Shown here: positions 27,518-37,770 of the stretch, one piece after another
Layout of the letters: every line of letters begins with the position of its first letter
How positions within the stretch are numbered: position 1 is the stretch's first letter
Source of the DNA: Balanoglossus misakiensis
Lineage: Eukaryota; Animalia; Hemichordata
Direction of reading: 5' to 3'
Assembly (NCBI GenBank): GCA_040954595.2
Contig: CM082586.2
Coordinates: 10,695,337-10,759,336, forward strand
DNA length: 64,000 nt
The notes under the pieces: model-generated
What the model saw: only the letters and a program-made list of their open reading frames with translations
Databases searched by the model: none
What the model was told of the DNA's origin: nothing
Made by a program: the position numbers and the translations under genes

Positions 27518-27931
27518 TTCTTACACTCCCCGTACGCTGGGAGTGTGAGAACAGAGTGTGGGAACAAATTGTTCTCACAATCTCACTGAATAGAAAGCTG
27601 TATATGACGTGAGTGCTGATTGGTTAACAAAGTGTTCTGTCGCTACGCGCACTAAATGTTATCCAATGGCGCGATGTGTATTACAGGCACAGAGACTACA
27701 ACGTGCCCCCAGACAACAATTCCAGAGTCATTTATTCAATGTTTTTAACGAACTTGGCTAATTTGTGACCGTGTGAGAAAAAGAATCTCACACACCAAGG
27801 ACCTGGGATCATATTTCTCACACTCGTCGGGGATATTCTGTCCCACACGAGCCTGCGGCTCGTGTGGGACAGAAAATCCCCAACTCTTGTGAGAAATGTG
27901 ATCCCAGGTCCTTGGGAGTGTGAGATTCTAT
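27518..27931. mobile_element. Second long-hairpin element (same architecture as 21345-21980, opposite orientation), in Kolobok intron 4
   Basis: ~140-bp palindrome at 27785-27926 centred on CCACACGAGCC-TGC-GGCTCGTGTGG; internal dyad GTGTGAGAA-AAAGA-ATCTCACAC (27771-27793); left end TTCTTACAC. Confidence 0.6.
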
Positions 27932-29102
27932 TAATCTGAAGATAAACTGTAGTTAGGTAAACTTTTATAGTGAAATGTGGCTTTCCCCCCTCTTTTGTAC
28001 CTTTTGTGATAAACATTAATCTCCTGCTTTAGGACAAAAGCAGGAGCGACTGCTTTACATACATGTAAATGTACTAATTTCTAACTCCCTTGCTTATGCT
28101 TGTGTGAATAAGTTATTCTGTGTAGCTATCAACATGAAAATATTTCTTAGAAAGCAAAATGGCAAATGTTTACCAAGCACCCTAAATTTACTTGTGTGAA
28201 ACCAAGATAGAGAGGAACCTGTAAAAATAAGCAGTGATGCTGCTGTCCCTGTGTGCCCCTGTCACTTTGTTTCAGAGTTCAATTTTCATGTGTGTTATAT
28301 TTAGTTCACAGCTGTAAATTAGTTCAGTACATATTGCCGTCTCATGTGTGCCTATTTTGTCATTTTTTTCTCCAGCGGCCGTGTAAGATTTCCAAGAAAT
28401 TTGTCTGAGTCTTTCATCAATCCATTTGAGTAAGTTTTCCTTATTCTATTGTCATATACGGCATGCATGTATCCCTTGCTTGAGCAAGCCTTTTCGATTG
28501 CTTCTTTTCTCCTGTTACACTAAATTTAAATTTGTTGGGAAAATCAGTTTCATGACATGCATCACGTGTGTCAGAACATTTGCTTGTACTTAAATTCATG
28601 GGAAATGTTTTCTTTCTTTTTTGTGCTTATGAGTGACTATATGTATTTTTAGTGAGCAGCATTGTCCCACTATTCAGATTAATTCCTTGGTTTTATTACT
28701 ACCAGGTTGAGCATTGATATTTCTGAGGAAGACAAAGAGGAAGACATGAACCTATGTGACGATGATGATTATGACTATGAGCCCAGCTTTGATATTTCTA
28801 TAATGTAAGTGCGCATTTATCACTATCATCAAAGTTCCTTATTGGATGGGTACACAACAAATGGAAAGCAAAATATCCTCATGGTTAAAAAAAGCCTAAG
28901 TGTTGGACGCTAAAATTCATATATATGATAAATTTTCTTTTATGAATGAAACATCAACTTACAACATTTGTACTAACAGCTGACTGACAAACTCTGATGG
29001 ACAAGTCATGAGCATTGTTAGGATTTTTTGTCCATTTCTCAGAACTAATGGCGTGCAGGTGGTTCCTGCCATTGGTGACGACGATATTGAAAGTGACGGT
29101 GG

Positions 29103-29136
<34 letters not shown>

Positions 29137-30455
29137 ACACCATCACCGGGTCTGCAGAGAGTTGTCACAGAAGAAGATGGGGAAAGCCTCCTTGGTGACT
29201 CTACAACATGTCTGTTTTTTTTAACCAGCTTCTGGCCCTTGGCAAAAAATCTATTAGGCAAGTCTGTGCATTGAAGTCTTGCAGTGGATTGATATCCTCT
29301 ACTTCAAAGTTTGTTGGCTCAGCTTTATATCTAAAGTGGGTGAGTGTGAACTAAATATGGTATATTCTTGACAATTATTGTTAAACTATACCAACTGTAG
29401 TGTGCATTGTATGGACAATCACTATGCCAGTATTATTTAGATGAACAGGAAACTCTAGTTATAATCCTATGTGGGTGCACATTGTTCCTTTAGGTTTATA
29501 ATAAAAAACAATAGTCAACTGAAATTACAAAGTTATCGGTATTAACATCTGTTTTATCGTGTCTTGGAGAAATCAACATGAAATGATCAAATAAGCATGA
29601 ATCTTTAAACTTTTTTTTTTCAGGAATGCTCAGCTGGTCACCTTGAGTACGAATGGTGTTCACAACCAATTTTGAACAGGAGACTTCATAGTGGTGATCT
29701 CTTCACAGCAGCTGCCATTCTATTGTCTGGTAATAATTATGCCAAAATTAATTTTTTGGCAAGCATTCTGTCACTCAGAATTTGCTCCCAGAATACTTAC
29801 AATAGAATTCAGAAAGCTTATCTAATACCATGTCTTGATGAATTTTGGATACGACAACAACAAGACATCATTGATTCATTTGATGGCCAAGAACTTGTTT
29901 TACTGGGTAAGTTTTTAGCTTCATTGTTAATGACACGCACCTAATCTGATTGGCTCACCCCACTGATTATCCATCACATGTCGGCCAATGCACTTGTAAT
30001 TTATGTCTAAAAGTTTATACTTACACACTCTATTCTGCTGATTTAGAAAAGAATACAATAGTTATTATTTGGTGGCATTTACTTCCTCATTTGCATCATT
30101 TCATACTCATTGTAAAATCATTGAATTGGAAATGTTCTCACTTATGCATACTTATGTATAATTTGACTGACATATTTACTTGATTATGTCTCAGGTGATG
30201 GGCGAATGGATTCCCCGGGTTTTTGTGCGCAATATTGCACCTATACTGTGATGGAGGAAACCACCAAGAAAATTCTGTCGATAATAACCATGGACAAAAG
30301 AGAAACAGAGAAGAAGTCAACAAACATGGAAAAGGCCTGCCTTGTTAAAAGTCTAAACCAGCTTCAGGAGAAAGGTGTAAATGTCAAAGAAGTCGTAACA
30401 GATGCCCACATGCAGATTACAGCTCTGATGAGTAAGTGTAATTTTATGATTTTAA

Positions 30456-31250
30456 GATGGGTCCCTAGGATCTTTTTGCCCGTTGCTATGGGCCTTTATA
30501 GGACATTACACCCCGATTTGGACTAAGCCGTTTTCAGAGTCTAACAAGGGGCTGGTAACTAGTTGAAAATCTGCACGATTGTGAGCGCGCGCCCCCTGAC
30601 GCCATTGATATGCAAATTAGCTAGGTCAAATTTCAAAAGCCTAAGGCTTTTTATTCCGTGACCTCAAAAACGAACTTGATACGTATTCATTAGTTGCTTG
30701 AACCAGGGAAGATCGTGACGGATTTTGTTTTCGAATATTATCGTTGTATCCTACGATTTCAGCATACCCGTACCACACCTGAAAAAGTAATCGATTTTGG
30801 GTGTTTTTGGACGCACTCTTCCACCGGTATCGCTTCTTAGCACGACGAAAACCGAAAAAACGATCCGTCACACTATGCGGAAGTGCGTTCTCAACAAGCA
30901 GGTCAAATTTGGCTGGCCTACGTCGCCTATGAAAAAAGCCTTAGGGATTTTCGTGAACGGTACAAAATCTCTGTGTACAAAACATTGGATATTTAGCGTT
31001 CGATCCAGTTACTGTGGTTACAGGACGCGCACGCTATCGGTGACTGCTGCTTTGCCGTATTAGCGTGGCGGCCTATGGCCGGGCGGTAGCTGCCGTAACC
31101 ATACTCGGACAGGGGGTGTGCACACAATCGTGCGTATTTTTAACTAGTTACAAGCCCCTTGTCGGACGTTCATAACGGTTTCGATCAAAATTGAGTGTAG
31201 TGTCCTATAAAGGCCCATAGCAACGAGCAAAAAGATCCTAGGGACCCATC
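30456..31250. mobile_element. TTAA MITE (Kolobok-type), 795 bp, in transposase intron 9
   Basis: TTAA at 30452-30455 and 31251-31254; TIR GATGGGTCCCTAGGATCTTTTTGC..., extending imperfectly for ~140 bp. Confidence 0.85.
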
Positions 31251-31736
31251 TTAACTTGGGTTATATGTTGCTTTGAAATGCCAAAAGCAAAGCTGTTATA
31301 CAGGTCAATGTTGATTTTGTTTTTCTGAGATAATGTATTTGGCAATCATAACACTGTCATTTTGAAGCTCCATTTGTAATCACATTTACCCACTCTTATA
31401 GGAGACGATCACCCAGACATAAAACATTCTCATGACATTTGGCATGCTGCCAAGAACTTGTCAAAGAAGATCATAAAGGTTAGACAAACTTTTATTCTTG
31501 TATTCAGTTTTCATTTATCTTCTAAATATGTGTGACACTGACACATAAAAATGTAAGGGTATAGAATGTTACTAACTGATCCTTCTATCATTTTGGGTGG
31601 GGTGGGTGTCAAACTACCTTTGAAAATAGTTATGGCAATATTCAAATTGTGCAGTTGTTATTTGCATCAGTAAATGTCACAAACAAGTTCAGGTCTATGG
31701 TGAATAGTTATGAACCATCAGTTTATATCAGATCAT

Positions 31737-31890
31737 TGTGATAGTATTGTCATGATCACGTGATTGTCACATGGTCTGTATACGTGATTTCCTGTAACTG
31801 TTAGTTCCCGCGTGGTTGTCATTCAATAAACATCACTTCTGTGGAACTCCGTCGTTGTCGACTGTCAATAACCCCTCCCCGGACATCACA
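31737..31890 (+). repeat. 5' LTR
   Basis: TGTGATAG...CATCACA, contains AATAAA; identical to 36584-36737. Confidence 0.97.
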
Positions 31891-31894
31891 TAAA

Positions 31895-31907
31895 TGGCGA
31901 CGAGGAT
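31895..31907 (+). promoter_or_regulatory. Primer-binding site, tRNA-Ser(GCU)-type
   Basis: TGGCGACGAGGAT 4 nt after the LTR, complementary to the usual animal tRNA-Ser(GCU) 3' end (ATCCTCGTCGCCA). Confidence 0.8.
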
Positions 31908-31990
31908 TTAGTTGTCTAAATTAACTATCGAAGAACATACGCAAGCAACCTTTACGAGATTTGGTGACTTCTTAGCCGTGATTTGAGTGC

Positions 31991-33622
31991 ATGAAAATGT
32001 CTACACCCGTAACGCTGTCCGGACTGCCAGGAGTGGCGGGATTCGACTGTGAAGGCGAACCGGAGGCTCTTCAGCAAAGGTGGGAGCGTTTGCTTCAGGA
32101 ATTTGAACTGTTCGTAGCAGCTTCTGGTGTTTCAAATAATGCGCAGAAGCGTGCCTTACTTTTGCACATGGCTGGAGCGGGCATCAGAGACATTGTTAGC
32201 ACTAAATCTGAAGATGAAACTGGTGACGTCACAAACTGCGCAACGTTGATAGCATGTTTGGATAAACACTTTCAACTGCAGAAAAACGTTCCTATGGCGA
32301 GACAGAAGTTTTACAGCGCAACTCCCACGTCCGGGGAGACGGTCGACAGCTACGTAATACGTCTCAAGAACCTACTGAAAGACTGTGATTTTCCCGAGAC
32401 GGAAAAAGACAACCAGATAAGAGATCGTGTCTTGCTCTACATCAGCGACAAGGTGCTAAAAAGCAAGCTGTATCGTGAAAAGAATTTGGACACTACCAAA
32501 CTACTACAAATCATACGGTCGTATCACGACAAAGATGCACTAGTTTTGGTGTCTGGTACTCAAGCTGTGAGTGCAAATGCAGTCAATATTGGCGGTAAAC
32601 GTACGCGCGCCAAAAACAAAATGGCGGACTTAGCCTGTTTCCGTTGTGGAAGGAAAGGTCACATGCAACGTGAATGTCGCGCCAGTACAAGTGGTAGTTC
32701 TCGCAATGCCGAACAAAAATCCGACCGGTGTTTCCGATGTCAAAAACCGGGACACAGAGCTGCAGACTGTCGTGCTAAGTGGGAAGACTGTCCGTCTAAA
32801 GACAGTGAAAATGGCAACAGTCGAGGCAGTGGTGGTAACCGCAGCGCACGTGGACGTGGCCGTACGCGTGGTGATGGTCGCGGTACACACAAGGTAGCTC
32901 AGACGACTACTGATGCAAACGCCGATGGTGGCCATGCAGACGTCGAGACTGACGAGGAGAAAGCGTACTATGCTTTCAATGCTGCTTTCCGTGCTTCCAG
33001 TGGGAAGGACCTCACTGATACAGGTATTCAGATCGAGAATCAACACGTGCCGGTTATCATCGACAGTGGTGCTACATGTAATCTCATTGGTGAAAGACAA
33101 TTTCGCAGACTTGCTGAAAAGCGTGGTGTGAAAGTTCGAAATTGTAACAATAAAGTGTTTACCTATGGTTCTAGTAAACCTTTAGATATATTGGGTAAAT
33201 GTGCCTTACATGTTGAAGCGCCTACTAAAAAGAAATGTATTGCTGATTTTATAGTGATCAAGGCTGATCAACCGATTTTGTTGAGTCGGAGTACTTCTGA
33301 GAATTTAGATATGTTGAGAGTTGGAAATGTGAATCTGTACACGATAAATTCAATATCTGCTGATAATTCTTCGCCAATTCTTGCAGAATTGCGGAGGAAA
33401 TATCCTGAGGTATTTAATGGGTTGGGTAAGTTAAAGGGCTACAAGCTCCATTTGCATATTGATGAGAGTGTCAAACCCATAGCCCAGTACCGGCGAATTC
33501 CTTTCAACCGCCGTGCTAAAGTTGTTGAAAAAACTCAACGAGCTTCAAAAGCTGGGAGTAATAGAGAAGGTTTCGGGTCCGACCTCTTGGGTCAACCCCC
33601 TTGTAACAGTACAAAAGCCTGA
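31991..33622 (+). CDS. gag: Gag (two CCHC zinc knuckles) plus aspartic protease; N-terminal part of a frameshifted gag-pol
   Basis: CFRCGRKGHMQREC and CFRCQKPGHRAADC; protease IIDSGAT. Homology shifts to the next frame at the A-run 33528-33533. Confidence 0.92.
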   Translation: MKMSTPVTLSGLPGVAGFDCEGEPEALQQRWERLLQEFELFVAASGVSNNAQKRALLLHMAGAGIRDIVSTKSEDETGDVTNCATLIACLDKHFQLQKNVPMARQKFYSATPTSGETVDSYVIRLKNLLKDCDFPETEKDNQIRDRVLLYISDKVLKSKLYREKNLDTTKLLQIIRSYHDKDALVLVSGTQAVSANAVNIGGKRTRAKNKMADLACFRCGRKGHMQRECRASTSGSSRNAEQKSDRCFRCQKPGHRAADCRAKWEDCPSKDSENGNSRGSGGNRSARGRGRTRGDGRGTHKVAQTTTDANADGGHADVETDEEKAYYAFNAAFRASSGKDLTDTGIQIENQHVPVIIDSGATCNLIGERQFRRLAEKRGVKVRNCNNKVFTYGSSKPLDILGKCALHVEAPTKKKCIADFIVIKADQPILLSRSTSENLDMLRVGNVNLYTINSISADNSSPILAELRRKYPEVFNGLGKLKGYKLHLHIDESVKPIAQYRRIPFNRRAKVVEKTQRASKAGSNREGFGSDLLGQPPCNSTKA

Positions 33623-36332
33623 TGGGGATATCAGACTATGTCTGGACATGAGAAAAGCAAATCAAGCCATTGTTAGGGAAAGACACCCTGTTCCCACCAT
33701 GGATGAAACGCTAGAGGAAATTTCAGGGGCCAAGGTATTTTGCAAGCTTGATATGAATATGGCTTTCCATCAAATTGAGCTCGATGAAAAGAGCAGGGAT
33801 ATTACAACCTTTTCAGGGCCCAACTCTTTGTATCGCTACAAGCGTTTAGTTTTTGGTGTGAACATGGCGACTGAAAAGTTTCAAAATCTAATTAGCCAGG
33901 TTTTGAAGGGCTGTGAGGGTGCCCACAACATGCATGATGATATTAGAGTAGTAGCTGAAAATTATGAGCAGCTGCATGCCAGAGTTGGGAAAGTGATCAA
34001 GCGTTTTAGTGAGCATGGTTTAACGCTGAACTTTACAAAATGTAAGCTAGGAGACAGTATGATATTCATGGGTCACTTGATGACGGCCCAGGGTATGAAA
34101 CTCACTGATGAGAAGGTCAAAGCTATTGTAAAAGCTCGAACGCCAACTGACAAATCAGAATTGAGAAGTTTCTTTGGGCTGGCTCAATTTTGCTCAAAAT
34201 ATGTCGATAAATTTGCAACAGTGACAAGCCCACTGTGGGATTTGACTCGCAAAGATGCAAAGTGGAAATGGCTTCCCAAGCATGAGAAAGTATTCAATCT
34301 CATCAAACATAAATTGACCACAAGTCCATTCATGGCTTATTTCAAGCAGGGTGCTAAAACTCGAGTCACTTCTGATGCATCGCCCGTTGGTGTTGGAGCA
34401 ATCCTTGAACAAATGCAAAGTAATGGTTCATATCAACCAGTGTACTATGTTAGCAGAAAGCTTACACATGTTGAGTCGAGGTACTCTCAGTTTGAGCGAG
34501 AGGCGCTTGGAGTTAAATGGGCATGTGAGAAACTTCAGCAGTTTCTGCTAGGCAGTCATTTTGAGGTCAGAACTGACCATAAGCCTTTATTGAAAGTATT
34601 CAGCCCTAACTCCAGGCCCCCTTCAGCTAGAATTGAGAGATGGCTGTTATATATGCAACAATTTGATTATCATATCACCCATATCAAGGGAAAGAATAAT
34701 TATGCGGACATGTTGAGTAGATTGCCCGTGGACGAACCATCTGACAACTATTGTAGAGAGACTGAAGATTTTGCATGTAGTGTTGTTTTAGAGGCTATGC
34801 CATCTGCTATCACCCCACGTGATATTGAGAGAGAATCTGCAAAAGACCAGAGCTTGCAATTGGTTGAAAAGTGTATTACCTCTGCAAATTGGTCAAAATT
34901 GAAGTCTTCACCCTATTGGCATGTGAAAGACGAATTATGGTTGTATGGCAGATTGATCATGCGTGGTAACAGATTGGTTGTTCCTCAAGTTTTGCAAAGA
35001 AAAATCTTGAAAATTGCACACCAGGGTCATCAGGGAATTGTGAGGACAAAGGCTCGTTTACGTGACAGAGTTTGGTGGCCAGGAATGGACAGGGATGTGG
35101 AAAAACTGATACGATCCTGTCATCCATGTCAATTGGTCAGTGCCAGGCCAAACCCAGAGCCATTATTACCCACACAGTTACCTGAAGGACCATGGTTCGA
35201 TTTAGCAGTTGATCTTTTGGATGTATGTGATGGTGAGAAATTACTAGTGGTAACTGATTTATACTCTAGATGGCCTGAAGTAGTTTTGTTAAAGAAAACA
35301 GATGCTGCCCATGTCATAAAAGCCATGGAAGCTATGTTTCTTACACATGGGTTGCCTTACTGTGTCAAATCAGACAATGGTCCACCTTTTACCTCAGCCG
35401 AGTTTGAAGGTTTCCTTGATTACTTAGGTATTGATCATGAATATTCCATTCCATACTGGCCTCAGAGCAATGGAAGTGTTGAGAGGCTGAATGAAATAAT
35501 TTTGAAGTCTGTACGAATTGCTAAATTGCAAAAGAAAAGTTGGTACAAAGATTTGACACATTTTCTATTTGAATATAGAAATACACCCCATACTGTGACA
35601 GGCATATCTCCTGCTATGGCTCTGATGGGAAGAGAGTTTAGGGACAAAATTCCTAGACTGAGAATTCCATCCCAAACAATCAATGAGTCTGATTGGCAAA
35701 TCAAAATGAGAGAAAGAAACAACAGAATGAAAATGAAACAAAAGTTCTATGCCGACAACAGGAGACATGCCACTTCCTCAGATATCAGGGAAGGTGATAC
35801 TGTTTTGCTCCAGCAAGCATTTAGGCAAAACAAACTCACTCCCAATTTCGAGACAGAACCATACAAAGTCATCCAGAAAGATGGAGGTGCGTTATTATTG
35901 GAAAACTCCAAAGGTGTAAAAAGAAGGTCCACTGGACATGTAAAGAAATATGTTGAGGAATATCCAGAATTTTCCTTCCAGGGCACTGAATGGAACTCCA
36001 AACATTTGACATATGAACAACCTCAAAGGGTTCAAAATGGTGTTCCATCCTGTAACCCCCATATCCATGATTTGTCTACACATAACAACCTGGATAACTT
36101 GCCAGTATAACCCGTCTGTTCTAGTCAGAAATCAACTGGACCAGCATGTCCTAGTCCTGTTTCACCTACTGGTACAGCATCGTTGGAAACGATTGTAAAT
36201 GTTCCTCCAACAATGCCAGTGACAAATTCACCTAAGACAAATGTAAACCCCAATAGTACTGATGTGAGACGCTCAACAAGAATAAAATCTAAACCTCCTT
36301 GGCACAAAGACTATTGCATGCCAGAAGGATAG
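33513..36332 (+). CDS. pol: Pol: RT, RNase H, integrase; in-frame TAA at 36108-36110 before the conserved C-terminal tail
   Basis: RT IRLCLDMRKAN, KLDMNMAFHQIEL, MHDDI; RNase H SDASPVGVGA, YSQFEREALG, TDHKPL, ADMLSR; integrase HQGH...CHPC, SDNGPPF, SNGSVER. The same frame continues past the stop to RRSTRIKSKPPWHKDY and TAG at 36332. Confidence 0.92.
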
Positions 36333-36570
36333 ATTATATTGACATAAGACTGTCCACAAACATTATGGAATGAGTTTCTGTAGAGCAAATTTTCTCTTGG
36401 AGATTTGTATTTTCCTAGTTATGAAGTTCTCAAGTTCTTGTTAAGGTTAAGGTTCTGTTTGTTTTCGTTTGTTAGAACATGATCATTCACAAAGCATTAC
36501 AATTTGACAGTGTTGGCAAATTTCATACTTTCCAAAGCGAGTTGTAAACTTAAAGTACAAGTTTTCTTCT

Positions 36571-36583
36571 AAAGTTGAGGAGA
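36571..36583 (+). promoter_or_regulatory. Polypurine tract
   Basis: AAAGTTGAGGAGA immediately upstream of the 3' LTR. Confidence 0.75.
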
Positions 36584-36737
36584 TGTGATAGTATTGTCAT
36601 GATCACGTGATTGTCACATGGTCTGTATACGTGATTTCCTGTAACTGTTAGTTCCCGCGTGGTTGTCATTCAATAAACATCACTTCTGTGGAACTCCGTC
36701 GTTGTCGACTGTCAATAACCCCTCCCCGGACATCACA
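36584..36737 (+). repeat. 3' LTR
   Basis: Identical to the 5' LTR; followed by TSD ATCAT. Confidence 0.97.
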
Positions 36738-37139
36738 ATCATGAGTGTATTCTGTGTTTTTTTAAGGCTGCACAAAACAAAGAGTGCAAACCACTGCTGA
36801 AATGGGTGACCCACATTGTGAACCACTTTTGGTATTGTTGTCAAAAAGCATCAGATATGGACAAGTTTCTGGTAAGTATTACTTATCATCAGCTAGCCTA
36901 GATGTTAAAATGTGTGATACTATAGAGACTTCTTAGGGTAATCTTAAAAATTAATATTTGATAATAAATATTGAGACATGTTTTAACATTCAATTGGATT
37001 GGTTGCTGCTGTTTTGCTGTGCATTGAACATGTCATAGTTCATGTTATTGCAATAGTGATTTATGGGATTGTAAACTTTACTAGGGCAGAGAATAAGTAC
37101 CCCTGGCCCTTGCTAGGGCAGAGAATTGGTACCCCTGGT

Positions 37140-37770
37140 TAATACTTGGCAAAAAGCAATTTTATTTTACATTGCTAATGAAATGGTGACACTGAATCTG
37201 ATTCTTTGCATCAGGGTAAATGGCGATGCAAGCTTGATGATGCATCCCGGTAGATAGTGATGCAAACACTTCACTTTGACATGGGTATTAAATGCATGTG
37301 GGGATTAAAAGTTGACTGAAAATCCCTGGGTTAATACAAGTCCAAAAGCACTGAAATTTGACATAGCTAATACAATGGTGACATTGAATGTGATTCTTTG
37401 CATTAGGGGAAATGGCGTAGCAAGCCTAATGATGCATCAGTGTAGATGGTGATCCAAGCTCTGCGCTTTGGCATACGTATTTAATGCATGTGCATGGGTA
37501 TTTAATGTTGAATGTAAATTCCCAGGTTAATATATGCATGGGTATTTAATGTTGAATGTAAATTCCCAGGTTAATATATGCATGGGTATTTAATGTTGAC
37601 TGTAAATCCCTAGGTTAATACATGGCCATAAGTACTGTAAGGGGTAGATGGTGATGCAAGCTCTGCACTTTGACATGGGGATTAAATGCATGCTGAGGGG
37701 GATTTTAAGTTGTCTGTAAATCCCCAGGTTGATATGTGGCCAAAAGCACTGTAATTTGACATTGCTAATG
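37140..37770. repeat. Short array (~3 monomers) of the ~194-bp satellite
   Basis: Same monomer as 7800-21206, ending at the same GACATTGCTAAT|GATGGTGAG junction. Confidence 0.9.

Larger units (their letters stand above)
31737..36737 (+). mobile_element. Full-length Ty3/Gypsy LTR retrotransposon (Mag-like), 5001 bp, in transposase intron 10
   Basis: Identical 154-bp TG...CA LTRs, 5-bp TSD ATCAT (31732-31736 and 36738-36742), PBS, PPT and gag-PR-RT-RH-IN coding region. Confidence 0.97.
25731..36871 (+). pseudogene. Kolobok (Kol0-like) DDE transposase, 11 exons, one frameshift, C-terminus missing
   Basis: Phase-compatible GT-AG exons: 25731-25945, 26552-26662, 26919-27044, 27389-27502, 28376-28429, 28706-28804, 29043-29339, 29624-29906, 30195-30431, 31402-31478, 36767-36871. 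Motifs: RGRP AT-hook, acidic tract, C-x4-C...GSALYLKW-ECSAGH..WCSQP, GDGRMDSPGFCAQYCTYT, DKRE, VVTDAH, HSHDIWHAAK, IVNHFWYCC. One base is missing in the T-run at 29215-29222. Confidence 0.85.
25439..37080 (+). mobile_element. Kolobok DNA transposon, 3'-truncated (right TIR and second gene absent)
   Basis: TTAA (25435-25438) then AGGGACAAAGTCTCTCTC. The first ~180 bp resemble the MITEs at 23348 and 41428. Empty site at 39531-39534. Carries a spliced transposase. The right boundary is approximate, where the sequence switches to satellite. Confidence 0.8.

Noticed and set aside
28959-29261. Poly-Ser and poly-Met ORFs
   Set aside because: Alternative frames of the (GAT)n poly-Asp tract in transposase exon 7.
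33521-33540. Programmed -1 frameshift at GAAAAAAC
   Set aside because: The required shift is +1, no in-frame X XXY YYZ heptamer is present, and the site lies after the protease.
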